A stretch of DNA of 64,000 bases, taken from positions 96,001 to 160,000 of the forward strand of contig JBDRCO010000087.1 of the NCBI GenBank assembly GCA_043821645.1, read 5' to 3'. The position numbers and the translations under genes are program-made. The notes below the pieces were generated by a model, which was not told the origin of the DNA, did not search any database, and saw nothing but the letters and a program-made list of their open reading frames with translations. Of the stretch, positions 1-9,201 are shown piece by piece. Each line of letters begins with the position of its first letter. The stretch's first letter is position 1. This DNA is from Pseudomonadota bacterium (GTDB taxonomy: Bacteria > Myxococcota > JACRCW01 > JAFGSX01).

Positions 1-76
1 GGCCCGCCGCGTCGAGCAGGGGCAGCGGTGTGTAGGCGCAGGTGAAGCCGACGCGCGGTCTGTCGTCGCTGCTCAC
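1..76 (-). CDS. 5' fragment of a probable 2-hydroxyacyl-CoA dehydratase / benzoyl-CoA reductase subunit family protein (runs off window)
   Basis: Manual translation from GTG at 76: MSSDDRPRVGFTCAYTPLPLLDAAG, resembling the family N-terminal (I/V)G(Y/F)xCxYxPxExIxAAG motif; GGGAGA upstream; only 25 codons visible. Confidence 0.55.
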   Translation of the reverse strand, partial: MSSDDRPRVGFTCAYTPLPLLDAAG

Positions 77-101
77 AAGGAACCCGATCTCCCGGCCGAG
101 C

Positions 102-2588
102 TCACGCCTCGGCCAGGGCCTTGAGTTCGACCTCGCTGCGGTCGCGCATGGCGATGGCGCCGGCGAAACACTTGCGGGTGCACAGGCTGCAACCGATGCA
201 CAGGGAGGGATCGAAGCCGGGCCGCTTCTCGTCGTCGAGGGACACCGCCAGGTAGCCGCACCGCGTGCAGTTGCCGCAGTGTGTGCACAGCTCGGCGGTC
301 AGCTGCGGAATGCGCTTGGTGGCGGGAAGCTCCATGAAGTCGGAGATGGGGTCCGGCAGGGCACGGCCGATGAGCTCGTCGACCGAGGCGATGCCGCGGC
401 TCTGCAACAGGTAGGACAGACCGCCGTGCAGCTCGTCGATGACGTGCACGCCGTACTTCATGGCCACGGTGCAGAACTGCACCGAGCGCGCGCCCAGGGC
501 CAAGAAGTGCGCCGCCGCCATGTAGTCCATGGGGCCGCCGTTGCCCGAGACGTACACCCCGAGCTTGGCCACCGAGGCCAGGGTCAGGTTGCTGATGGGC
601 GCCACGCCCTGACCGCTCATGCCGACCAGGATGCCCTCGTCCCAGTTTTGCTTGCGGCCGGGGCGGAAGGACAGCGACGGGAAGGTGTTGGCGAGCGTCA
701 CGCCGGCCTTGGCATCGGGGTGGCGGTCCAGCACCTCCTTGACCGCGCGCACGATGACCGCGATCGAGGTCACGGCGCCGGTGAGCTTGAACAGCTTGGG
801 CACGGCCGGGTCACCCGCGGTGAGGATCCAGTCGATGATCTTGGCGGTCAGGCCCGGCGACTGCGACACGATGTCGCCCTCGGTGCCGTCGCCACCCTGG
901 GGGCAGCTCAGGCTGTACTCGATGGCCATGGCCCCAGCCTGTTCGAGCTTCTTGGTATTGCTCAGCCAGCCGGCCTGGTCGTGGGCGTCATCCCCGGTGA
1001 CGGGTCCGCCGGTCGAGGCGGCGATGAGGCGCTGCGGGTACTCGCGCACCAGCTGGCCGATCTCCTCGCATACCCGGCTCAGAGGATGGTCGCTGACGTT
1101 GTCGCAGTTAGCATAGGTGCGCTCGTCGAAGACGTGCATGTACTCCGACGGGATGTGGATGGGCACGCCGTCGAAGGCGGTCTTCATGATTCCGCCGGCC
1201 CAGCCCGCGTCGAGGGCCTTCTTCATCTGCGCATAGCCATCGGTGGGGGGAGCCGCCGACAGCAAGAAGGGCGAGGGCAGCATGCGGCCGAAGAAGCTCA
1301 CATCGAGGGCCACCGGCAGCTCGCGGTGGCCGCGCACGCGGATGGTGCTCTTGCGCGGCTTCTCGATGGCGGGGATGGACCTCTTGTTGAGGAAGGCCGT
1401 GATCTGCAGGGCTGCGTTCTTGCCCGCGGCCGAGGCCTCGACCGCGGACCCGGCACCATGGGCCGCGTCGCCGGCAGCGAACACCGCCGGGTTACCGCTG
1501 GGCTTGAGTGCGGGGCGATTGCCGATGGCCACGATGATCTGGGAGAAGTCGTCGAGGACCTGGGCGCTGTGCGGACTGTCCTGGACCTTGGCCGGGTGAA
1601 ACTTCTCGTTCGCGGGCAGCTGCACACGCAGCACCTCGATGCCCGCCACCTTGCCGTCCCGCTCGACCACCTTGGCGACCCGGGTGCGGCCGTTGATCTG
1701 GATCTGCTGCTCGAGGAGCAGCGTGAGCTCCTTGGGGGTCAGCGGCATCTCGCCAACCTTCTCCAGGGCGAACATCTCGACCTCGGCGCCCTTGAGCCTC
1801 GCCGTCACCGCGCAGTCGCAGGCGATGGCACCACCCCCCACCACCGCGACCCGGCCATTGGCCGGATAGGCTCCGGGATTGGCCAGGTAGGCATTGCCGG
1901 CCACGCTCAGGTGTTCACCGTCGATGCCGAGCACGATGGGCTGGTGCAGGCCCACGCACAGCAGCACGGCCTCGAAGCCCTGGCGCAGCAGTTCCTCGGG
2001 CTTTTCCACGGCGCTGTTGAGATGCAGCTCGATGCGCGGGTGGCTACACAGCCAGCGCACGTCGCTGTCCAGCACCTCGGGGTCCATGCGCAGGGGTGGG
2101 ATCAGAGCGCAGGCGCCGCCGGCGCGAGCCCCGCGGTCGAAGATGTCGACCTGGTGGCCGGCCTGGGCCAGGGTCAGCGCTGCTGCCAGGCCCGCGGGCC
2201 CGGCGCCTATCACCGCCACCTTGTGACCGCTCGGGGCGGTCACCTCGAGCTCGGGCATGACCTTGAGCGCCTTGGCGCGCGCCACCAGGGCCGCCTGCAC
2301 CGTCGGGATCTCGATGGCGCGATCGAACAGGGTGTGCGAGCACGCGGCCTGGCAATGCGTGTCCGGGCAGATGGCGCCGCACACTCCGCCCAGGGGGTTC
2401 TTGGTCATGATGCCGGCGACCGCGCGCGCGATGTCCGAGGTCCGCATGCCGCGCGCTGCCATGATGAAGTCCGCGGGCGAGCAATCCGCCGGACAGGCCC
2501 TCATGCAGGGCTTCTCCTCGCAGTACTCGCAGCGCTCGAGCTCGGTCTTGAGCTGGGCATCGGACATGAAGAGCGGTGTGTGATGCAT
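102..2588 (-). CDS. Fused PreT-PreA dihydropyrimidine dehydrogenase-like flavo-iron-sulfur protein
   Basis: N-terminal CEYCEEKPCMRACP and CGAICPDTHCQAAC Fe-S motifs, GAGPAG FAD and GGGAIA NAD(P) motifs, DHOD-like barrel (SPFLLSAAPPT, LSCP, LANT), C-terminal 2x CxxCxxC ferredoxin; ATG 2588 preceded by GGAGAAGG. Confidence 0.85.
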   Translation of the reverse strand: MHHTPLFMSDAQLKTELERCEYCEEKPCMRACPADCSPADFIMAARGMRTSDIARAVAGIMTKNPLGGVCGAICPDTHCQAACSHTLFDRAIEIPTVQAALVARAKALKVMPELEVTAPSGHKVAVIGAGPAGLAAALTLAQAGHQVDIFDRGARAGGACALIPPLRMDPEVLDSDVRWLCSHPRIELHLNSAVEKPEELLRQGFEAVLLCVGLHQPIVLGIDGEHLSVAGNAYLANPGAYPANGRVAVVGGGAIACDCAVTARLKGAEVEMFALEKVGEMPLTPKELTLLLEQQIQINGRTRVAKVVERDGKVAGIEVLRVQLPANEKFHPAKVQDSPHSAQVLDDFSQIIVAIGNRPALKPSGNPAVFAAGDAAHGAGSAVEASAAGKNAALQITAFLNKRSIPAIEKPRKSTIRVRGHRELPVALDVSFFGRMLPSPFLLSAAPPTDGYAQMKKALDAGWAGGIMKTAFDGVPIHIPSEYMHVFDERTYANCDNVSDHPLSRVCEEIGQLVREYPQRLIAASTGGPVTGDDAHDQAGWLSNTKKLEQAGAMAIEYSLSCPQGGDGTEGDIVSQSPGLTAKIIDWILTAGDPAVPKLFKLTGAVTSIAVIVRAVKEVLDRHPDAKAGVTLANTFPSLSFRPGRKQNWDEGILVGMSGQGVAPISNLTLASVAKLGVYVSGNGGPMDYMAAAHFLALGARSVQFCTVAMKYGVHVIDELHGGLSYLLQSRGIASVDELIGRALPDPISDFMELPATKRIPQLTAELCTHCGNCTRCGYLAVSLDDEKRPGFDPSLCIGCSLCTRKCFAGAIAMRDRSEVELKALAEA

Positions 2589-2983
2589 CGAGCCTTCTCC
2601 TTGGACCCCCGGGCGTGGCATGTCGCGTGCTCTGGCGAGGTTGTATCAGGAATGGGTGCGCCGCTGTGTCACGTTCCCGCGCCGCACCCGACAAGGGCTG
2701 TCCGATCGCACCATCTGTGCGCCATTTCAACTGTTTTCGGTGATGCCTCGCGGTCTGCCTCGGGTGCTCGGCCTCCCTCTCCTGGGTGATCAAGAATCGA
2801 GCAACTGAACCCTGCCAGGCTATCACCTGCATTTATCGGCCAGCGTCGGAGTTAGGCGTTGACTTTGCCATGCCGCAGCGCGATACGGCTGGGCCAGAAG
2901 CGGTCCCGAACCCAGGCGATCGCGATCGCCAGACTGGGACAAACGACGGGCCACGCCCGCCGAGAACAACACAGGAGGAGCTG

Positions 2984-4294
2984 ATGGCAACGACCCTTCA
3001 GGAAAAACTAGGCGAGCTGGTCCCCGAGTGGCGCAAGGAGCGCGCGAGCGTGCTCAAGGAGCTTGGCGACAAGGTGCTCACGCCCGCCACCGTGCAGATG
3101 GCCTTTGGCGGCATGCGCGGCATCAAGGGCATGATCTGCGACACCTCGGTGGTCGAGCCCGACAAGGGTCTCATCATCCGCGGCCGTCCGCTCCTCGACA
3201 TCATGGACCTGTGGCCGGAGCAGACCTTCTGCCTGCTGTTGACCAACGAGATCTATGACCTCGACTCGCCGGTCATCAAGAACTTCCAGAAGGAGATGGA
3301 CCGTCGCTCCCAGCTTCCCGACTACGTGTACGCCGTGCTCGAGTCCATGGCCCCCGACAGCCACCCCATGTGCATGCTCAACACCGCCATCCTGGTCATG
3401 GAGAAGGAGAGCACCTTCCGCCAGATGTACGACAAGGGCATGACCAAGGACGACTACTGGGTGCCCACCGTCGACGACTCGCTGAACATCCTGGCCAAGC
3501 TGCCCGGTATCGCCGCCGCGGTGTATCGTCTGCGCTACGGCAAGGGCGGCTACATCAACTGGACCCCGGGCCTGGACTGGGGCGCCAACTACGCCAACAT
3601 GCTGGGCATCAATGACCCGACCGGCGAGTTTGCCAAGCTGATGCGGCTGTACCTGCACTTCCACTGCGACCACGAGGGTGGCAACGTCTCGGCCAACACC
3701 TGCCACACCGTGGGCAGCGCGCTGAGCGACGCTTACTACTCCGTCTCGGCCGGTCTCAACGGTCTGGCGGGCCCGCTGCACGGCCTGGCCAACCAGGAGT
3801 GCCTGGGCTGGGTGCTCGAGGTCATCGAGAAGTTCGGCGGCGCTCCCACCAAGGAGCAGATCCGCGATATGGCCTTCGAGACCCTGCGTTCTGGCAAGGT
3901 CATCCCGGGTTACGGTCACGCCGTGTTGCGCGTCACCGATCCCCGCTTCACCGGCTTCAACAAGTTCGGCAAGCAGTACCTGGCCAATGACCCCGTGTTC
4001 CAGACCGTCGACCGCGTCTTCGACGTGGTGCCCAAGGTGCTCGAGGAGTACAGCGCCGAGCGCGTCAAGGCTGGCAAGGGCCCCATCGCCAACTTCTGGC
4101 CCAACGTCGATGCCGGCTCCGGCGCCCTGCTGTACCACTACGGCCTCACCGAGTTCCCGTACTACACGGTGCTGTTCTCGGTCAGCCGCGCCATGGGCAT
4201 GCTGAGCCAGTTGATCTGGAACCGCGCTGTGGGCACCGCCATCACGCGGCCCAAGTCGGTCAGCATGGAGTGGATCCGCAAGAACGTGAAGTAA
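2984..4294 (+). CDS. gltA: Citrate (Si)-synthase, eukaryotic type
   Basis: DHEGGNVSA, GLAGPLHGLANQE, IPGYGHAVLR, WPNVDA and RPKS motifs; AGGAGGAG RBS before ATG 2984. Confidence 0.95.
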   Translation: MATTLQEKLGELVPEWRKERASVLKELGDKVLTPATVQMAFGGMRGIKGMICDTSVVEPDKGLIIRGRPLLDIMDLWPEQTFCLLLTNEIYDLDSPVIKNFQKEMDRRSQLPDYVYAVLESMAPDSHPMCMLNTAILVMEKESTFRQMYDKGMTKDDYWVPTVDDSLNILAKLPGIAAAVYRLRYGKGGYINWTPGLDWGANYANMLGINDPTGEFAKLMRLYLHFHCDHEGGNVSANTCHTVGSALSDAYYSVSAGLNGLAGPLHGLANQECLGWVLEVIEKFGGAPTKEQIRDMAFETLRSGKVIPGYGHAVLRVTDPRFTGFNKFGKQYLANDPVFQTVDRVFDVVPKVLEEYSAERVKAGKGPIANFWPNVDAGSGALLYHYGLTEFPYYTVLFSVSRAMGMLSQLIWNRAVGTAITRPKSVSMEWIRKNVK

Positions 4295-4326
4295 GCTTCC
4301 CGTTCCCTGCGATCGCGTGATTCTCG

Positions 4327-4357
4327 AACCGCCCCCCTCGTGGGGGCGGTTTTTTTT
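4327..4357 (+). terminator. Rho-independent terminator after gltA
   Basis: AACCGCCCCC-ctcgt-GGGGGCGGTT hairpin running into a T tract, between convergent gltA and alr. Confidence 0.9.
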
Positions 4358-4412
4358 GCATCGCGGCGTTCAGGATGTGGCGACGGTCTTTTTCAACAGC
4401 CAGACTCGTGGC

Positions 4413-5579
4413 TCAGGCCACCACGCTGCGCGGGATGGCTGCAGGCAGGCGCACCAGCACCTCGTAGTTGAGAAAACGCGTCAGCTCGCTGAACGAGGAC
4501 ACGGTGATCTGGTTGCGCTTCTGGCGGCCGATGAGCACCACCTCGTCGCCGGCCTGCACCCCATCCAGATCTGTGACGTCGATCATCATCATGTTCATGT
4601 TGACCGCGCCTACCACCGGGGCGCGACGGCCTCGCACCAGCACGTGCCCCAGGTTGCTCAGGTTGCGGGCAAAGCCGTGGTAGTAGCCCACGGGAATCTG
4701 CGCGATGCGCTCGCGACGGGTGGTCTGGTACGAGGTGCCGTAGCCCACGAACTCGCCGGGTGGCACGCTCTTGACGCCCATGACGCGGCTCTTCCAGGTC
4801 ATCACGCGCTTGAGCGGATTGGCGGCGCGGTCCGCGCTTTCCAGACCCTCGCGCAACAGGTGGTGCATCTCGGTCTCGCGGCTGGGCCAGAAGCCGTACT
4901 GCATGATGCCGACGCGCACCAGCTCGAGGCGGCTCTCGGGGTAAGTGAAGGCTGCGGCCGAACAGGCCGTGTGGCGGGTGCTCACGTCGACACCGAGGCC
5001 TCGCAGGGACTCGACACCGGTCGCAAAGCGCTGCAGTTGCTGCTGGATGCGCAGGTAATTGCTGACGCTCTCGGCGCCGGCGAAGTGGGTGCACACGCCC
5101 TGCACCAGCACGTCGGCCGAGGCCTGCTGGCACATCGCCGCCACCTGTGGCTGCTCCTCGAGGGCGATGCCCGTGCGGTTGAGCCCTGTCTCCAGCTCCA
5201 GGTGCACCAGTGCCGGGCGGCGCACGCGCTGTGCCGTGGCGATGGCCTCGGCCAGGCGCGGCAGGTCGTGTACGAAGAAAGAGACGCCGGTCTCGATGGC
5301 CCAGGCCAGGGCCTCGCCGTCCACCGGCCCCATGATCATCACCTGGCTGTCCTCGGTGTGGCAGCGCATGCAGCGCTCGGCCTCGTCGGCGCTGAACACA
5401 GCAAACTGGCGCACGCCGCAGCGCTCGGCCAGGGGCACGAAGTTCTCGATGCCATGGCCGTAGGCATTGCCCTTGACCACCGAGCACAGGGTGACGTCGG
5501 GCCCGAGCTGCTCGCGCAAAAAGCGCAGGTTCTGGCGCAGCGCGCTCTCGCTGAGCTCTATCCACGACGGGCAGAACAT
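4413..5579 (-). CDS. alr: Alanine racemase family PLP enzyme
   Basis: VVKGNAYGHG PLP-Lys, VHLELETGLNRTG, THFAGAE, VRVGIMQYG, VGYG second catalytic Tyr. Confidence 0.9.
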   Translation of the reverse strand: MFCPSWIELSESALRQNLRFLREQLGPDVTLCSVVKGNAYGHGIENFVPLAERCGVRQFAVFSADEAERCMRCHTEDSQVMIMGPVDGEALAWAIETGVSFFVHDLPRLAEAIATAQRVRRPALVHLELETGLNRTGIALEEQPQVAAMCQQASADVLVQGVCTHFAGAESVSNYLRIQQQLQRFATGVESLRGLGVDVSTRHTACSAAAFTYPESRLELVRVGIMQYGFWPSRETEMHHLLREGLESADRAANPLKRVMTWKSRVMGVKSVPPGEFVGYGTSYQTTRRERIAQIPVGYYHGFARNLSNLGHVLVRGRRAPVVGAVNMNMMMIDVTDLDGVQAGDEVVLIGRQKRNQITVSSFSELTRFLNYEVLVRLPAAIPRSVVA

Positions 5580-6760
5580 CAGCTTCGCTCCCGCGTCGGG
5601 TGGCTGTCGCCGTTCAGGATCTGCCGCACCACGCGCTCGAGCATGGCCGCGCCGGTGCTGATGAGGGCGTCCGGGAAGTCGTAGCCCGGGCTGTGCAGGG
5701 CCGGGTGATCGACACCCGCGCCGAGCCCGAACAGGCAGCCGCGGTGGGCCGCGGTGATGTGCCCGAAGTCCTCGCTCCAGGCAAAGGGCTGCGCTGGCTC
5801 GAACACGTCGAGCTGCAGCTCGCGCGCCGCGCCCAGCACCAGGGCCTGGGCCGCGTCGTGGTTGTGAGTGGCCGGGAACACCTCGGTCCAGGAGGTGCGC
5901 ACGCCCAGGCCGTAGGTGGCCGCGGTGCCCCGGGCCAGCTGCTCGCAGCGTGCCACCAGCCTGGTCATCAGCGTGTCATCATGGCTGCGCAGGGTGGCCA
6001 TGACCGTGGCCCGACCCGGCGTGGTGCCAAAGGCCACATCGCCCAGGCGGGCGTGGATGACCGTGGCCTTGGCTCCCTCGTGCAGCGCCGTCAGGTCCTG
6101 GGGCAGGGCGCTCAGCGACTGGATGAGCTGCGCCATGGCCAGCGCCGGGCTGCGACCGCGCTCGGGCTCTGCCGCGTGCGAGCTGCTGCCCTCGAGTTCG
6201 ACGATGAAGCCCCGCGAGGCCGAGGCGAAGGCGCCACGGCGCACGATGACCTGGCCCAGGGCAAAGCCGGGCAGGTTGTGCAGGGCAAAGGCCCAGTCCG
6301 GCGCGAGCGCGGCCCAGCGCGGATCCGCCAGCACCTGGGCAGCGCCAGCTCCCGTCTCCTCGGCGGGCTGAAACAGCAGGATGGCGCGACCCCGATCCGG
6401 CCGCCTGCGCGACAGCACCCGGGCCACCGCCGCCAGCACGGCCATGTGTCCGTCGTGGCCGCACTTGTGCGCCAGGCCCGGGCTGGTCGAGGCGTGTGGC
6501 AGATCGAGCTGCTCGGCGATGGGCAGGGCATCCAGCTCCGCGCGCAGCAGCACTGACGGACCCTTGGCCCGCCCCTTGTACACGGCGGCCAGGCCGTGCC
6601 CGCTCAAGCCCTCGACGACGCTGTCGGGGGGGTGTTGCTGCAAAAAGGTGCGCACGAGGCCTGCAGTGCGACGCTCGTCCCCTGAGGGCTCGGCGCAGGC
6701 ATGCAGCGTGTGCCGGAACTCTGCGATGTCGGCGTCGACACCTGGCAGCGGGGACACCAT
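5579..6760 (-). CDS. M20D family amidohydrolase
   Basis: LRAELDAL, HKCGHDGH, FQPAEE, SEDFG and LHSPGYDF motifs; TGATG overlaps with both neighbours. Confidence 0.92.
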   Translation of the reverse strand: MVSPLPGVDADIAEFRHTLHACAEPSGDERRTAGLVRTFLQQHPPDSVVEGLSGHGLAAVYKGRAKGPSVLLRAELDALPIAEQLDLPHASTSPGLAHKCGHDGHMAVLAAVARVLSRRRPDRGRAILLFQPAEETGAGAAQVLADPRWAALAPDWAFALHNLPGFALGQVIVRRGAFASASRGFIVELEGSSSHAAEPERGRSPALAMAQLIQSLSALPQDLTALHEGAKATVIHARLGDVAFGTTPGRATVMATLRSHDDTLMTRLVARCEQLARGTAATYGLGVRTSWTEVFPATHNHDAAQALVLGAARELQLDVFEPAQPFAWSEDFGHITAAHRGCLFGLGAGVDHPALHSPGYDFPDALISTGAAMLERVVRQILNGDSHPTRERS

Positions 6761-7923
6761 CAGGCCACCCCACCCGGACTCAGCACGGGCGGGATGTCGA
6801 CGCGGTCCGCGTCGTCCAGGCGATCGGCAAAGGTGCCTAGGTCGGGCTCCACCACGGTGGGCACGTAGCGCGAGCTGAGCAGGCGCGCGAAGGCCGAGTA
6901 GCTGGTGCGAAAGCGCAGGTGGTCGCCCACCTTGAGGCTGCCCGGCTCGGCGCCCACGTTGACCACGGTGATGTCGCTGCTGGCGCCGGCAATCTGGTAG
7001 TCCGGTGTCAGCGGGGTCAGCCCCGCCACTTCGGTGTCGATCTGGCCCAGGGCGAGCAGGGCGCGGTAGCCGCGGGCGCCCACCTCGGGCGGTGTCGCGC
7101 TGGCGGCATCGACGGAGGTGAAGGGTGTGGTGGCACCGAGCTCGGCGCTGCTTTGCAGGCTCTTCTCCTTGAGCTCGCAGATCTCGGCCTCCAGGGTGAG
7201 CACGTCGCTGCGCAGTTCAGGCAGCTGGCCTCCGGTGACCAGGTCGGTGCCCAGAAACAGGGCTTCTCCGATGCGGAAGTGGTTGATCCCCACCGGCAGC
7301 CCACCCTCGCACAGCAGGTGCAGGGTGGCCGAGGAGCCCGCGGACAGCACAGGCAGTGGCTTTTTGTACTTCATGCGCAGGTAGTCGGCGAACAGGCGCA
7401 GCTGGTCGACCTGATCCGGGCTGGGTGCGGCACCGGACAGGCAGCCCATCTGGGCACCGATGCCCACCACATCCAGATGCTCCAGGGCCTGGGCCGCGGC
7501 GTAGATCTCGTCGAGCTGCCCGGCCAGCACGCCCTCGCGCAGGTCCCCCTGCTCGATCATGATCAGGACCCCGTGCCGGAGGTTCTGGGCATGGGCGGCG
7601 GCATCCAGGGCCTGCAGGGTGGCGACCTCGGTGACCGTGCTGACCTGGGCCAGGCGCACCACCTCGTCGGCCACGGACAGGTGCGGGGGGCGGATCATCC
7701 ACTTTTCGGCATCGGGCATCATCTCGCCCAGGGCGCGCAGGTTGGCCACGCGGGTGTCGGCCACCGAGTTCACGCCGAGCAAACGCAGCGCGCGCAGGGC
7801 CTCGGCATGGCCGCCCAGGGCCTTGGTGACGACGGAGAAGCGGGCACCGTAGTCGCCCAGCCAGCGCGACAGGATGCGCAGGTTGTCGCGCAGGGCCCAC
7901 AGGTTGAGCACTACCCGGTTCAC
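6760..7923 (-). CDS. Alanine/ornithine racemase family PLP-dependent enzyme (Orr-like)
   Basis: VVTK PLP-Lys, ADTR, IMIEQGDLREG, SAGSS, INHFRIGE, GASSD; GTG 7923 overlaps GNAT stop (GTGA). Confidence 0.85.
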   Translation of the reverse strand: MNRVVLNLWALRDNLRILSRWLGDYGARFSVVTKALGGHAEALRALRLLGVNSVADTRVANLRALGEMMPDAEKWMIRPPHLSVADEVVRLAQVSTVTEVATLQALDAAAHAQNLRHGVLIMIEQGDLREGVLAGQLDEIYAAAQALEHLDVVGIGAQMGCLSGAAPSPDQVDQLRLFADYLRMKYKKPLPVLSAGSSATLHLLCEGGLPVGINHFRIGEALFLGTDLVTGGQLPELRSDVLTLEAEICELKEKSLQSSAELGATTPFTSVDAASATPPEVGARGYRALLALGQIDTEVAGLTPLTPDYQIAGASSDITVVNVGAEPGSLKVGDHLRFRTSYSAFARLLSSRYVPTVVEPDLGTFADRLDDADRVDIPPVLSPGGVA

Positions 7924-8390
7924 GGGTTGCTCAGCCGCATCTCGAGGTACTTGCTGGTGAAGCCCACTCGCTCGTAGAGCCGCCGCGCCGGGTTGTCGTG
8001 CTCGACGTGCAGCTTGATGTCGCCGTCGCAATGCTCCCGGGCGCGGTCGATGAGCTGGCGCCCGACACCCTGGCCGCGCAGCGAGGGATCCACGAACACC
8101 ATCAGCAGGATCCACGACGGGATGTAGCCACCCATGCCCGTGCGCAGCATGAGGATGCCACCCACCAGTTCCTGGCCACGGCAGGCCGTGATCACAAAGC
8201 CACCGTCCTTGCTCGGGTCGATGTTGAGCCCGTACTCCAGCGCGCGGCGCACGTCGGCCAGGGTGTCGTGAAAGGGCTTCATCTTGTGGTGAAAGGACTC
8301 GGTGAGCCCATCCAGGGTGAGCCAGGCTGGCAGACTCTCGACGCGGTCGATGTAGGTATAGGTCAAAGCCTCGGCCAAGCGTTCCGCCAT
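7920..8390 (-). CDS. GNAT family N-acetyltransferase
   Basis: VDPSLRGQGVGRQL acetyl-CoA motif A, NPARRLYERVGF; AAAGGAGG RBS before ATG 8390. Confidence 0.92.
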   Translation of the reverse strand: MAERLAEALTYTYIDRVESLPAWLTLDGLTESFHHKMKPFHDTLADVRRALEYGLNIDPSKDGGFVITACRGQELVGGILMLRTGMGGYIPSWILLMVFVDPSLRGQGVGRQLIDRAREHCDGDIKLHVEHDNPARRLYERVGFTSKYLEMRLSNP

Positions 8391-8595
8391 CGTGGCCTCC
8401 TTTCGAGAATGCCGCGCGAAGCTGCGCACGACGATGGGCGGGAAGGCTGCATTGTAGGCCGCGGCGCCCCGGGACACGACCCTAAAGCGGTTTCACGCCT
8501 GATCCTCCGCACCTGGGGCACCAGGGGAACCCGCCGGGACGCCCTCTCCGCGCGAGCTCGGGGCCGCGATCAGCACGCGGGCCACACGGGCTGCC

Positions 8596-9201
8596 TCACT
8601 CCTGCAAGCGCCTTGTTGTCTCACGCGCCAGGATGCGCACGTTCTCGTCGTCGTCGTGGCTCTCCACCCCCTGGAGCTGTTCCTTGTAGCGGTCCCAGCC
8701 CGCCTGCTGGATGGCAAACACCGCCACATAGCGCACCACCGCATCCGGATGGTCCAGCGCAGCGTGCAGTGCGGTGTCGGCCTCGGCGCAGGGATCGGTA
8801 CCCAGTCCAGCCAGCGCCATCAACAGCAGCAGGTTCGGCGTCGACTCGAAGCCCTGCGCCGCGCTGGCGGCGATCGACGCGTGGTCGTGGAACAGCGGGC
8901 TGGCCCGAGCCGCGATGGCCAGCGGATCGATCACCGACGGCGCCCCACTCAGAGCGGCGTAGCACACGTCCGTGTCCAGGGGCGGCTGCTGCTGGTCGCA
9001 CACGAGGTGAAACGTGCTGCCTGTGGCGGCGTCCAGGAACAGCCACTCCTCCGCGTGATCCGACGGTGTTTCGCGCCCGGAGAAGACGAACGACCGACCG
9101 AACCGAGACTGCCAGGCCACCAACAAATCCATGGCATCCGAGCGCAGGTGGTCGAAGTCGGCCGCGCCGTGGTTCTTCGGAATCAAGAAACACCTTGTCA
9201 T
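8596..9201 (-). CDS. Hypothetical protein with C-terminal HEAT-like repeats
   Basis: LDHPDAVVRYVAVFA and DDDENVRILA HEAT-like motifs; AGGAGG RBS. Confidence 0.65.
   Translation of the reverse strand: MTRCFLIPKNHGAADFDHLRSDAMDLLVAWQSRFGRSFVFSGRETPSDHAEEWLFLDAATGSTFHLVCDQQQPPLDTDVCYAALSGAPSVIDPLAIAARASPLFHDHASIAASAAQGFESTPNLLLLMALAGLGTDPCAEADTALHAALDHPDAVVRYVAVFAIQQAGWDRYKEQLQGVESHDDDENVRILARETTRRLQE

Noticed and set aside
42-2789. 915-aa plus-strand ORF and many other long antisense ORFs (e.g. 9403-11793, 21418-23481, 53462-55579, 55703-57880)
   Set aside because: Shadow ORFs opposite well-supported genes, expected from high-GC codon bias; no recognisable motifs
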